Virus record (IMG/VR): IMGVR_UViG_2706795722_000001
Location: 1 to 64,000 of that record
Reading direction: 5' to 3' (one strand)
Length of the DNA stretch: 64,000 bases
Source of the DNA: a virus
Lineage: Duplodnaviria; Caudoviricetes
Under the pieces are notes generated by a model that saw nothing but the letters and a program-made list of their open reading frames with translations, searched no databases and was not told the origin of the DNA. Made by a program: the position numbers and the translations under genes. Of this stretch, positions 28,416 to 37,093 are shown piece after piece; within the stretch, counting starts at the first letter, position 1, and each line of letters begins with the position of its first letter.

Positions 28416-29767
28416 TGTCAAACCTACTGAGGCCCTCGATTAACACTCGAGGTGGCGCAGACCCGGCGCTATGGGAGAAGCCTGTCAACCAGGCAAGTAA
28501 GTGGCTGTGCGCCAGGTCAGGAAGTACTCCATCCGGTAAGCCGCCTATGCGCTTGCTCCAGGAGGGTGGGTCCATCACCGTCGAGAATAACAGCTCACAG
28601 GAGTTCTTGATCTCGGTCTTCCTTGGTGATGGCGGATCGGCCAACCTGGGCGGCGCATCCGGCAATAGCACGGTTCAGATCAGTCGTGCCGGGTCAACTA
28701 TTACTGTTAAGTGTCAAGCACAGAAGGGTACTAACGGAACTCAGACTTTCACCACATCTGTCGGAGCAGATAGGTGGTCCAATATATATCTCAAGTGCAA
28801 CAAATACGGCGCGTTCAGCGATCAGGTCCGAGTCACTGCCATGTGTGACTTCAACGAGACTAAGCAATTGATCGCAACAGGCTCGTTCTTGGGTGAAACC
28901 TTTGTCACGAACGGCAAAACTTTCACAGCCAACTCGCTTTCGGGGTGGGCCTGGATCGCCTCCACCACTGGTGGATTCTGGGGAATGTTCGGACAGTCGT
29001 CTGTTCCGATTACCGATGTTAAGTATCGAGAGGCGTTTATCAACAACGCCACTTGGGATCTCGACATCAACACCAGCCAGCACGATTGGCAGCGTCCTGC
29101 GGACCTCAAGACTATGCGCGCTTGGATCATTCAAGCTGGCGGTGGCCCAGGAGGTCCAGGTGGTAATGGTGGTGACGGCGGCGACGGCCGACAGGGTGAT
29201 AACGTTCAGCCGCGAGGTTGTACTTCCGGCTCTAGCGGCGCCTCGGGTGGCCCAGGCGGCAAGGGTGGCCCAGGTGGACAGAATGGCTCTCCAGGGCAGA
29301 ACGGGTCAGCTGGCTCAAGCGGTGGGTTTGGCGGCATGGCCTCATTCAGTCCTAACACCGGCAACCCTGAAGATTACACATCTTGTAGCCCGGGCTCTGC
29401 CGGTTCCGGTGGTTCGGGTGGCTCCGGTGGCGCAGGCGGTCTAGGTGGGCGAGGTAGGGTGAAGCAAGTTGCATTCACGCAGGCTGTTGTGCCATGTCGA
29501 GTAGGCGTTAGGGGGTCGACAGGTGCGCCCGGTACGCGCGGAACCGACGGCAGCGACGCTGGTACGTTCTCAAGCCCGTCCTCTGGTGGGCCAGGTGGGG
29601 ACGGCAGTCCCGGCGGTCCCGGTGGAGCTACCTACTTTGGCAACGAGGATACAATTGACGCTACCGACATCTCGACGCCTACAATTAAGTTCGGAGCCAC
29701 TGAGTTTGAGCACGGCTGTGGTGGCCCAGGACAGGACGGCGGCGTCGTCCTGTATCTCATCTGGTAA
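28415..29767 (+). CDS. Gly-rich tail fibre/minor tail protein
   Basis: Long G-x-x-G tracts (GGPGGPGGNGGDGGDG...), C-terminal GGPGQDGGVVLYL. Confidence 0.7.
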   Translation: MSNLLRPSINTRGGADPALWEKPVNQASKWLCARSGSTPSGKPPMRLLQEGGSITVENNSSQEFLISVFLGDGGSANLGGASGNSTVQISRAGSTITVKCQAQKGTNGTQTFTTSVGADRWSNIYLKCNKYGAFSDQVRVTAMCDFNETKQLIATGSFLGETFVTNGKTFTANSLSGWAWIASTTGGFWGMFGQSSVPITDVKYREAFINNATWDLDINTSQHDWQRPADLKTMRAWIIQAGGGPGGPGGNGGDGGDGRQGDNVQPRGCTSGSSGASGGPGGKGGPGGQNGSPGQNGSAGSSGGFGGMASFSPNTGNPEDYTSCSPGSAGSGGSGGSGGAGGLGGRGRVKQVAFTQAVVPCRVGVRGSTGAPGTRGTDGSDAGTFSSPSSGGPGGDGSPGGPGGATYFGNEDTIDATDISTPTIKFGATEFEHGCGGPGQDGGVVLYLIW

Positions 29768-29781
29768 CAAAGGAGAAAGTA

Positions 29782-30327
29782 ATGCTTCGTCCGCTTATTG
29801 AGGTTTCGTCTAACTACCCGTCGAATCCGTCTTACTTGATTCGGAAGTTCTGGATAGCGGATGGCTGGATCGAAGATAGTGGTGATCTTGCGTGGCAGTA
29901 TTACGAACTGGTTAATGAAGCTCGAGATCATCTCGGACAGTCGTTCTGGATTTCGTATGGTCGCGGCAGAAGTCTTTCCGACTTCTGGGGGCCTGGAACT
30001 GACAGTCAGTTGATATTTACCAACGGCTCTAATCCTCCGAACGACGACGACGTCTTGGAGCAGTTGGGGTTTGAGGTTGTCACGGGAACTGCAACCCCCG
30101 CCGCGGAACCCGAGCTTCATCTCGTCGGAAGTGTCGCAACCCAGTCCGTGCTTCCTGCGACTGGAGAGCCGATGGGTATCTACTCAACCCGAGACGATCT
30201 TTCGGTGATCTACGGATTCTGGACTAACGCGAGAGGGGACCTCGACGGCATAGCTTCATGGGCCCAAGGAACCTGGGATGAGCTTATTACGCTGTTTCCC
30301 AATCCTGTGTTTCCTCAACTAGATTAA
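29782..30327 (+). CDS. Hypothetical tail-region protein
   Basis: AAAGGAG RBS, 181 aa. Confidence 0.65.
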   Translation: MLRPLIEVSSNYPSNPSYLIRKFWIADGWIEDSGDLAWQYYELVNEARDHLGQSFWISYGRGRSLSDFWGPGTDSQLIFTNGSNPPNDDDVLEQLGFEVVTGTATPAAEPELHLVGSVATQSVLPATGEPMGIYSTRDDLSVIYGFWTNARGDLDGIASWAQGTWDELITLFPNPVFPQLD

Positions 30328-30336
30328 GGTAGACTG

Positions 30337-31377
30337 ATGCCAGTAGGCTGGAGTACTGATGGACCCCCTCCCTGGGTGCCTCAGCCCATTCGAGGGTGGG
30401 CTGATGTTCCTCAGCTCGCAGGTGTGGACGCAGGTCGTGGCACCGACCTTGCGGTTGTAGAGGCGAACCTTGTTGTCCCTGAGTATGCTCGTGGAACAGA
30501 CCTCGCGATAGTTAAGTCTAAGATTACAGTCATCGACCTCGGGCGTGGCACGGATCGAGTTACCGTTAAGGGTAAGCTTGTCGTGCCAGACCTCGGGCGT
30601 GGACGCGATTACGCAACCACTGGAATCCGGCCAGTAGAGGGAGGGCGTGGCACAGATCTTCATGTCGTTAAGGGTGTCATTACCGTTAACGAGTATGGGC
30701 GTGGCACTGACCTGGGCATCTTTAACAAGGCTGCGCTCGGAGAAGTTCGTAGCGGGGGCAGGGCCACTGATACCGGAGTGGTTGTCTTTTCGCCCTGGGA
30801 TGCGACAGGAAGCTACACCCAGACCAGTGCTGTCAACCTTAAGATTCCAGTTCAGTGTCGATTCATAGACCTCATAGCTATCGGCGCTGGCGGTGGCGGG
30901 CAGGGTGCAGGATGGGCTATCGACGGCAAGGGCGGAGGCGGCGGAAACTTTGCGTACGTCACGCTCGAACGCGGTGTGCACATACCCTGGACAGCAATTG
31001 CTATTACCGTTACGGTAGGCGCTGGCGGTGCGCGTGGCTCCGGTGGCGCAATTCCAGGCTCGGGAAGCACGGGCGGAAATACTGTCATCACAGTCGAGGG
31101 GTATGGAACACTTACGGCAAATGGTGGACAGAGTGGCGGCGACCGAGGGGTAAGCAATGGCTCTCGTCCCGGCGGCGGTGTGCTCGGAGGCAACGTCAAC
31201 ACTGCGGGAAGTACCCAGAACGCGCTCGACTTGAACGGTAAGCGATACACTGGAGCGGGAGACCACTCGAGTACGACAGCGCCAACGCCTGGCGCTGGCG
31301 GATACGGTGGCGCAGTCTTCTCTGGCAACGGCAACGCGGGGGCAAACGGCATGGCTTGGGTAAGGTGCTGGCGATGA
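30337..31377 (+). CDS. Minor tail protein with GRGTD repeats and Gly-rich domain
   Basis: Seven (G)RGTD-like repeats, then AIGAGGGG...GGGGG glycine-rich module. Confidence 0.7.
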   Translation: MPVGWSTDGPPPWVPQPIRGWADVPQLAGVDAGRGTDLAVVEANLVVPEYARGTDLAIVKSKITVIDLGRGTDRVTVKGKLVVPDLGRGRDYATTGIRPVEGGRGTDLHVVKGVITVNEYGRGTDLGIFNKAALGEVRSGGRATDTGVVVFSPWDATGSYTQTSAVNLKIPVQCRFIDLIAIGAGGGGQGAGWAIDGKGGGGGNFAYVTLERGVHIPWTAIAITVTVGAGGARGSGGAIPGSGSTGGNTVITVEGYGTLTANGGQSGGDRGVSNGSRPGGGVLGGNVNTAGSTQNALDLNGKRYTGAGDHSSTTAPTPGAGGYGGAVFSGNGNAGANGMAWVRCWR

Positions 31378-31682
31378 GCGAGGAAGATCGCCTTGAGATG
31401 GCAGCCGCCGAAGGTGACGGAGGCTTCAATCCAGATGATTACCAGTCGCCCCCCCCGCACGACGGCGTCTGGTCGGACAACTTCATAATCAACAAAGCCT
31501 GGGTAAACGGGGTTACTACTTCTTGGAGGAATATTCCGAACTCAGGCGGACTCAAAATCAGGCGCGTTGTTAAGGTTATCTACATCAAGGACGACGCTAC
31601 TGCTTACATGGCTTCATACAGAATCGAACAGACGGCCCTCTACTATGACGTAGAGGTCTACATCGCAGAGAGGATTTCATAA
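31374..31682 (+). CDS. Hypothetical protein
   Basis: ATGA overlap with the previous stop; its stop abuts the next start. Confidence 0.6.
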   Translation: MSEEDRLEMAAAEGDGGFNPDDYQSPPPHDGVWSDNFIINKAWVNGVTTSWRNIPNSGGLKIRRVVKVIYIKDDATAYMASYRIEQTALYYDVEVYIAERIS

Positions 31683-32047
31683 TGCCCGCAGAATACGAGG
31701 ACGCTCATCTCATTGCGGCGGCTACCGCTGTCACCAACCTCGGCAACAGGATCGGCCTGTTCTACGGCAATACCCGAGTCGGAACAGCCTACACGGATAC
31801 GACCTGGGGCACAGCTACCGCTGTGACCGATGGCGGCATCCGCAAGGGTCGTCGCCCCGGCAGCAATGTTACGATCTCGGTTCCGGCCAGCACGGTGCCG
31901 AACGGGACGGTGATCGACAAGTACGGAGTCTTCAACGGCACCACACTTCTCCGCAAGGTGCCACTCACAGTCTCGCAGGTGGTGAACGACGGCTCGCAGG
32001 CATTCAGTATTGATGTGACGCCCGTCTACCTCTTCGAGGGTGTTTAA
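31682..32047 (+). CDS. Small tail-associated protein
   Basis: 121 aa beta-rich, TAATG coupling. Confidence 0.65.
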   Translation: MPAEYEDAHLIAAATAVTNLGNRIGLFYGNTRVGTAYTDTTWGTATAVTDGGIRKGRRPGSNVTISVPASTVPNGTVIDKYGVFNGTTLLRKVPLTVSQVVNDGSQAFSIDVTPVYLFEGV

Positions 32048-32079
32048 GTGGTACCAGCATTTGCTTTCACAGGCAATGC

Positions 32080-32108
32080 TTGACCATTATAAGCTTCAAG
32101 TGTAAGAT
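32080..32108 (+). promoter_or_regulatory. sigmaA-type promoter of the lysis cassette
   Basis: TTGACC-N17-TAAGAT with TG close upstream of the -10; AGGAGG RBS follows before the holin ATG 32133. Confidence 0.7.
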
Positions 32109-32132
32109 ACAACCCTGACACAGGAGGTAGAC

Positions 32133-32570
32133 ATGACCACGAATCAAGTCCCCGGCACGCAGACCGTAGTGCCCCCGAACGTCTTCCAGATCCGGTCGAA
32201 GAACGACCTGATCACCCTGCTCTACTGGATCGTCCCGCTCACCTCGGCGGCGCTGGTTTCCTACGGCGTGGTGCAGGACAGCGACGCGACCCTCTGGGCA
32301 GGCGTCGTGACTGGCGCGCTGCAGCTGGTTCTCCAGTTCGCGCGCACGCAGGACTACGCCCGCAAGGCCATCTACACCGTGCTGAACCTCGCGAACACCG
32401 TCCTGATCGCCTACGTGGCAGGCTGGAATCCCGACGCGCTGACTCACGTGATGCCGATCCTCACCCTGATCCTGGGTGGCGCACCGGCTGCGCTGGCCAC
32501 CCAGAACGTGAACAACTCGGGCGACGAGGGTCGCGAGTTCTACGTCGGTGAGCACCGGGCTGGCGAGTAG
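32133..32570 (+). CDS. Holin-like membrane protein
   Basis: About four hydrophobic segments, acidic C-tail, first gene of the lysis cassette. Confidence 0.7.
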   Translation: MTTNQVPGTQTVVPPNVFQIRSKNDLITLLYWIVPLTSAALVSYGVVQDSDATLWAGVVTGALQLVLQFARTQDYARKAIYTVLNLANTVLIAYVAGWNPDALTHVMPILTLILGGAPAALATQNVNNSGDEGREFYVGEHRAGE

Positions 32571-32572
32571 TC

Positions 32573-32899
32573 ATGCCTATCGCCTATCACCGCAATAACT
32601 ATGATCCGAGTGTGCTTCAGGCTACTACGGATCATGTGATCGCCCACATCTCGTCTGTGGCGAGTCCGACCGACAGCCCCGACGAGTTCGCCGACTTCGT
32701 GCAGATCAAGTACTCGCAGAACGAGGACGGATCGACTCGCGTGTACGGCGAGCTAAACCAGGAGCCCTGCTGCGACTACTCTCTGCCTGACGATTACGTC
32801 AAGCCTCCCGAGAGTCAGTATCAGCAGGGCTTCGGTGAGCGCAATATGACACCAGAGGAGCTCCAGGAGCACCTCATCGAGAAGGCGAGTCGCAAATGA
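32573..32899 (+). CDS. Acidic hypothetical protein in the lysis cassette
   Basis: 108 aa ORF overlapping the amidase start. Confidence 0.6.
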   Translation: MPIAYHRNNYDPSVLQATTDHVIAHISSVASPTDSPDEFADFVQIKYSQNEDGSTRVYGELNQEPCCDYSLPDDYVKPPESQYQQGFGERNMTPEELQEHLIEKASRK

Positions 32900-33525
32900 G
32901 TGTCAAGATCATCGGAGACATCGCCGCTGAGTTCAACCGCCTCGGAGGCCGCTCGGTCTTCACTCGAGGATGGGAGTCGCGAGGAAATGGACAGACCTCC
33001 AATTACGGCGGACTCCTCCTCCATCACACCGCAGGCTCCCGCAACGTCAATATTGATCAGATTCTCATCTCTGGGAGATGGGACCTTGCAGGGCCCTTGT
33101 GCAACTTCTGCATCATGTACGACGGCGACTTGGGCGTCATTGCTGCACACCCTGCGAACCACGCTGGAGCCAGTGGTGGATGGGATACAGCGCCTTTTCC
33201 GCGAACTGGCCTCTTCAACCGAGAGATCATCGGCTGCGAAATCCAGTATCCCGGAGTGGAGCCGATGGCTCAGGTTCAGTACGAGTCCGCAAAGCGTCTT
33301 GCCACCGCAACCCTCAATGTACTTGGCAAGGCTGGACAATACCAGTGGGTCAAGTTCCATCAGGGCACCTCCATAGAAGGCAAGTGGGACCCTGGCTACG
33401 CTGAGGGTAAGACGTACAACATCTCGTCCTTCCGCAACGATGCGAAGGGCACCGTCCAGGGCGAGGATATGAACAGTCTCGACTGGAAAGACAACCTTCG
33501 TCAGCTAGTGGGGTACCCCGAATGA
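32896..33525 (+). CDS. Endolysin part 1: N-acetylmuramoyl-L-alanine amidase (Amidase_2)
   Basis: LLHHTAG, ANHAG, IGCEI, FHQ...GKWDPG zinc-amidase motifs. Confidence 0.88.
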   Translation: MSVKIIGDIAAEFNRLGGRSVFTRGWESRGNGQTSNYGGLLLHHTAGSRNVNIDQILISGRWDLAGPLCNFCIMYDGDLGVIAAHPANHAGASGGWDTAPFPRTGLFNREIIGCEIQYPGVEPMAQVQYESAKRLATATLNVLGKAGQYQWVKFHQGTSIEGKWDPGYAEGKTYNISSFRNDAKGTVQGEDMNSLDWKDNLRQLVGYPE

Positions 33526-33668
33526 GCGGCTGGATTGCGCCTCGAACGGGCGGTTACCGCCCAGGCTTTGGCTTTCGAGCCCCTCCGGAGCCCTTGCCTG
33601 CTAGAACAAAGCCAGTACCTCCTCCGCCAAAAGGTGGCGGTGGCGTCGCAGTAAGGAAGTCTCAATGA
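33522..33668 (+). CDS. 48-aa Pro/Gly-rich micro-ORF
   Basis: MSGWIAPRTGGYRPGFGFRAPPEPLPARTKPVPPPPKGGGGVAVRKSQ; ATGA overlaps at both ends; below the ORF-track cutoff. Confidence 0.55.
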   Translation: MSGWIAPRTGGYRPGFGFRAPPEPLPARTKPVPPPPKGGGGVAVRKSQ

Positions 33669-34528
33669 GCAAGCGCTTCTTCATCTTTGATGCTCGAGGC
33701 ATTACTGAGTCGTACGAGCCTGTCGGCAACTTCGTACCGATGCTCACCCGAGTGGTTCGACTGGTCAAGAAGGTCCACCCCGATGTCATCGTGGAGCATA
33801 TCCAATACCGGGCCTCGATCAGCGCGATCAACGCTGATCGAGACCCGTTCGCTCCTTCCGGCGACAACGGGGCCAACGACATCGTCAAGTGGCTACGCGC
33901 TCGCATCGCGAAGCTCGGACCTGAGGACTACTACATCGTCGTGGGCTACAGCGGCGGCGCGGTGGGAACGACTCGTCACCTCAAGCTGTTCGGTGGCGAT
34001 CACCGGTGCCTCATGTACGGCAACATCGCGAGCCCTTCGCGCTCGTCGGCGACGACCTACGGCCTCGGAAACGGTTTCGACTGGAATCCGATCACTCGGT
34101 TCAACGAGCCGCGCTCGGGCATCTACTCCACCCAGGGCACGCGCACCACGGTTCACAACCTCGGCACTGCGATTCCGCTTGTGGAGATCGCCAACCCCGC
34201 TGACGTGATGACCTCGTGCCCGCAGGTGTCGCCGCTGCACGTCTTCGCCGGTCCCGTGATGGCGTTCGACCTCAAGAACCCGCTGGAGCTCATCGGACAG
34301 CTACAGGCTCGAGGTATCGACGACATCGCGCGGAACATGCTCACTCCGACGAACTGGCTCTGCCCCGGCTGGACCAGTTGGCCTTCGGACCTGATCGCCT
34401 ACTCGAGGCACACTCACACGACCGACTACTTTGACCTGAAGCTGTTCCGCGACAGTGCGAACAAGGCGATCTCGGGTGTGGAGTTGCTCGCTCGACAGAT
34501 CAACTGGCGAATCTCGCGTGTCCGATGA
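33665..34528 (+). CDS. lysB: Lysin B-like cutinase/serine esterase
   Basis: IVVGYSGGA nucleophile elbow, NPADVMTSCP, C-terminal HT..Y His region. Confidence 0.8.
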   Translation: MSKRFFIFDARGITESYEPVGNFVPMLTRVVRLVKKVHPDVIVEHIQYRASISAINADRDPFAPSGDNGANDIVKWLRARIAKLGPEDYYIVVGYSGGAVGTTRHLKLFGGDHRCLMYGNIASPSRSSATTYGLGNGFDWNPITRFNEPRSGIYSTQGTRTTVHNLGTAIPLVEIANPADVMTSCPQVSPLHVFAGPVMAFDLKNPLELIGQLQARGIDDIARNMLTPTNWLCPGWTSWPSDLIAYSRHTHTTDYFDLKLFRDSANKAISGVELLARQINWRISRVR

Positions 34529-34556
34529 GGCTGATCGTATCTGGCTAGATGTGTGT

Positions 34557-34584
34557 GCGGCAGCGGACTTCCCTCCGCTGCCGC
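34557..34584 (+). terminator. Hairpin between lysB and the M23 gene
   Basis: GCGGCAGCGGA-CTTCCC-TCCGCTGCCGC, 11 bp perfect; function uncertain. Confidence 0.4.
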
Positions 34585-34610
34585 CCCTTCCTGAGATTAA
34601 GGAATCAAAG

Positions 34611-35456
34611 ATGCCCACACGGTATCATCCCCTCAAGAAGGGGTACGTCATCACCAGTCCGTTCGGCTGGCGCGCCTTCGACAACGCGGTGCACACCGGA
34701 ATCGACTTCGGGAGTAGCACAGGATCGCCCGCCAACTGGCCGGTCTACGCAATCCAGGGCGGTACAGTGCTACACTTCGGCGCTGCGTCCGGTTACGGTG
34801 GCCCCGATCCTGCAGGCTGGATCGTGATCGACTCGAGCGACGCGGAAGGGTCGGGCGTTTTCGAGTATGGTCACATCATTCGTGAGCCTTGGGTCAAGGA
34901 GAACGCCAAGGTGAAGGCTGGCGACAAGATCGGATACATCAATCCAAACAGGAACACGAACGCTGGAGTCGATCCCCACCTGCATGTGTCGTACATGCCG
35001 TACGAGTACAACCCCAAGAAGAAGAAGGACTTCGCGCCGCTACTCTCGGGCGCGCGCTTCGCTGGCGAACCCTTGCCAGTGGAACAACCGAGCACAGGAG
35101 GAACGAAAATGAGTGATGGCAGCGAGGTTCGCGTGCAGTTGCGCGGTCCCGGTGACAACGGCTGGACCCAGCTCGCTCCGCAGCCCGACGATCAGGGCAA
35201 CAGGTTCAGCATCTTCAAGGGTCGAAACGTGACCGCCCAGACGGTTGTGGAGGCTCTGGCGACCATCGTCTTCGAGCTCACCTTCCGCCTGCCGCGCGCG
35301 GGTCGTGGTTACCTCGACTTCAAAAAGCGCAAGGGCGATACAGTTCTCGGCCATTCGGCAAGTGCTGCGGCAATCGCCGCTGAGAACCAGGAGATCCTTC
35401 GGCGGATCGCCGCAAAGATGGAGGTGGACGTTAGCGACATCGGAGGCACTCAGTGA
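34611..35456 (+). CDS. Endolysin part 2: M23 peptidase with C-terminal domain
   Basis: HTGID, YGH and PHLH M23 motifs; C-terminal QLRGP..GW.QL domain seen in actinophage lysins. Confidence 0.88.
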   Translation: MPTRYHPLKKGYVITSPFGWRAFDNAVHTGIDFGSSTGSPANWPVYAIQGGTVLHFGAASGYGGPDPAGWIVIDSSDAEGSGVFEYGHIIREPWVKENAKVKAGDKIGYINPNRNTNAGVDPHLHVSYMPYEYNPKKKKDFAPLLSGARFAGEPLPVEQPSTGGTKMSDGSEVRVQLRGPGDNGWTQLAPQPDDQGNRFSIFKGRNVTAQTVVEALATIVFELTFRLPRAGRGYLDFKKRKGDTVLGHSASAAAIAAENQEILRRIAAKMEVDVSDIGGTQ

Positions 35457-35908
35457 GCTTCAAGGGAGGCCAGGGAGGGCCATTTCAGAAACAGCCCGAG
35501 GCCGAGAATAAGCCCGAAAGCATCAAGGGCTATCTCGCGCTGACGGCTTATGCTCTGTCGGCGTTTCCGATCTACTACGGCGTTCTCACTCTGGTCTTCG
35601 GTGAGCGTCTGTGGAAGCCGGAACGCAGCGCCTTCGGAATCCCTCTTGCTCCACAGTCCGTGGGAGTCGTTATGATTCTCGCAGGACTCGCTACGGTCAT
35701 CGTGTCGAGTCGACGACTCAAGTGGGGCCGCTACGTGTCGTGGTGTATGAAGACCATGACGCTCATGTGGGGAATCTTCTCTGTGACCTTCATCATCGAC
35801 GCTATTCAGGGCGACTCGCCGGAGGTGTACGTCCCCATTGGGGCGTACATTCTGCTGTCAGTCCTCTGCGCGGCGCGCGCAATCTTGGAGGACCAATGGC
35901 GAACGTGA
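35453..35908 (+). CDS. Multi-pass membrane protein (lysis-associated)
   Basis: Four hydrophobic segments; GTGA overlap with the lysin stop. Confidence 0.7.
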   Translation: MSFKGGQGGPFQKQPEAENKPESIKGYLALTAYALSAFPIYYGVLTLVFGERLWKPERSAFGIPLAPQSVGVVMILAGLATVIVSSRRLKWGRYVSWCMKTMTLMWGIFSVTFIIDAIQGDSPEVYVPIGAYILLSVLCAARAILEDQWRT

Positions 35909-36399
35909 TTGAGAAGATCAAACTCGGGTTCCAGCACACCCGCAAGGTGTACTCGGGCTCGTATCCGCTCTACCGGATGATCTGCTTCTTTGGAGTGGTT
36001 TCCGGAGTTCTGTCGTTCGGCCTGAACTCTTGGCCCGCGTCGTTCGTGGACGCGACCAGGGATGGGGCGATCTATCAGAACATCTTCGGTGGTATGCAAC
36101 TCGTAGGTTGCCTTCTCGTCCTGGTGGGAATGTACTTCCACAAGGAGGATGAGCCGAGTCTTCAAAAGGTGTCGACGGCGCTGTATCTGGAGCGAACCGG
36201 ATGCAGTCTGTTGGTGCCAGTGGTGGCTTCCTATACCTGGGGTGTGATCCAGATGAACATGGGGCCGCCTACGACGTGGGCGACTCTGACGCTTGTAGCG
36301 GCAGGTCTCTACTTCGTTATCAGGTTCATCGAGATCGGACGTGTCCTGAAGACAATTCGACAGGAGACCCCGAAGGCCGAGGAGTTGAAGGGTGAATGA
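35896..36399 (+). CDS. Multi-pass membrane protein (lysis-associated)
   Basis: GGAGG before ATG 35896; four hydrophobic segments. Confidence 0.7.
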   Translation: MANVIEKIKLGFQHTRKVYSGSYPLYRMICFFGVVSGVLSFGLNSWPASFVDATRDGAIYQNIFGGMQLVGCLLVLVGMYFHKEDEPSLQKVSTALYLERTGCSLLVPVVASYTWGVIQMNMGPPTTWATLTLVAAGLYFVIRFIEIGRVLKTIRQETPKAEELKGE

Positions 36400-36757
36400 C
36401 GTTATCACCTTGCTGCTTGGCGGCGGACTTGCTGCGAGCATCATCGAGACAGTCAAGTTCTTTGCCACCCGCAGGCAGGTAAAACGAAAGGACGAGGCCT
36501 CCTCGCTTCGCGAGGAGGCCTCGGCTGACGCAACGGTTGGTGGCGCATGGCGCGAGCTGTGGCAGACCGGCGATCAGTGGAACAGTAAGCTTAACAGTGC
36601 CCTCAAACTTGAGGTCACGAAGAACGAACAGCTAGTCGATTTGGTACAAGAGGCCACAGCTCAGCTCGACCGGGAAAAGGCTGAGCCAATCCTGGACAAG
36701 ATGCACGTCATTCGAGCCAGCGTCAGTATTCGGAGTCTGGACGACTCTTCACACTAG
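36392..36757 (+). CDS. Single-TM coiled-coil protein ending the lysis cassette
   Basis: N-terminal VITLLLGGGLAASII followed by a charged helix. Confidence 0.7.
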   Translation: MNDVITLLLGGGLAASIIETVKFFATRRQVKRKDEASSLREEASADATVGGAWRELWQTGDQWNSKLNSALKLEVTKNEQLVDLVQEATAQLDREKAEPILDKMHVIRASVSIRSLDDSSH

Positions 36758-36771
36758 GTGTCTGATCGCTC

Positions 36772-36807
36772 GAAAGCGGACCACGTCGTTTGACGTGGTC
36801 CGCTTTC
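36772..36807. terminator. Bidirectional terminator at the convergence of the two arms
   Basis: GAAAGCGGACCACGTC-GTTT-GACGTGGTCCGCTTTC perfect 16-bp stem. Confidence 0.8.
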
Positions 36808-36864
36808 TTCTTCTCGGGATACTTTGAACACCGCGGCAGGTGTCCGTACTCGCCCATGCACTCG

Positions 36865-37089
36865 TCACACTCGAACATGGTCCACCACCTTTGCGAGCTT
36901 CTTGGCTTCTCGGCGCTCTGAGGAGGTCATCTCTCCGTATGTGAGGTACTGGTGCATACGCACCAGGAAAAGGTCGCCACACTTTCCGCACTGAAGGAAG
37001 GTGCCATCGGGGTATCGAGGGTTACCGTTCGGTTCGTATTCGAGCTCACAACGACAGCGCTCGACTCCCAGCTTGAGTACTCGCATCAT
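36865..37089 (-). CDS. Small Zn-finger-like protein
   Basis: CRC...CGKC motifs. Confidence 0.6.
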   Translation of the reverse strand: MMRVLKLGVERCRCELEYEPNGNPRYPDGTFLQCGKCGDLFLVRMHQYLTYGEMTSSERREAKKLAKVVDHVRV

Positions 37090-37093
37090 TCAC

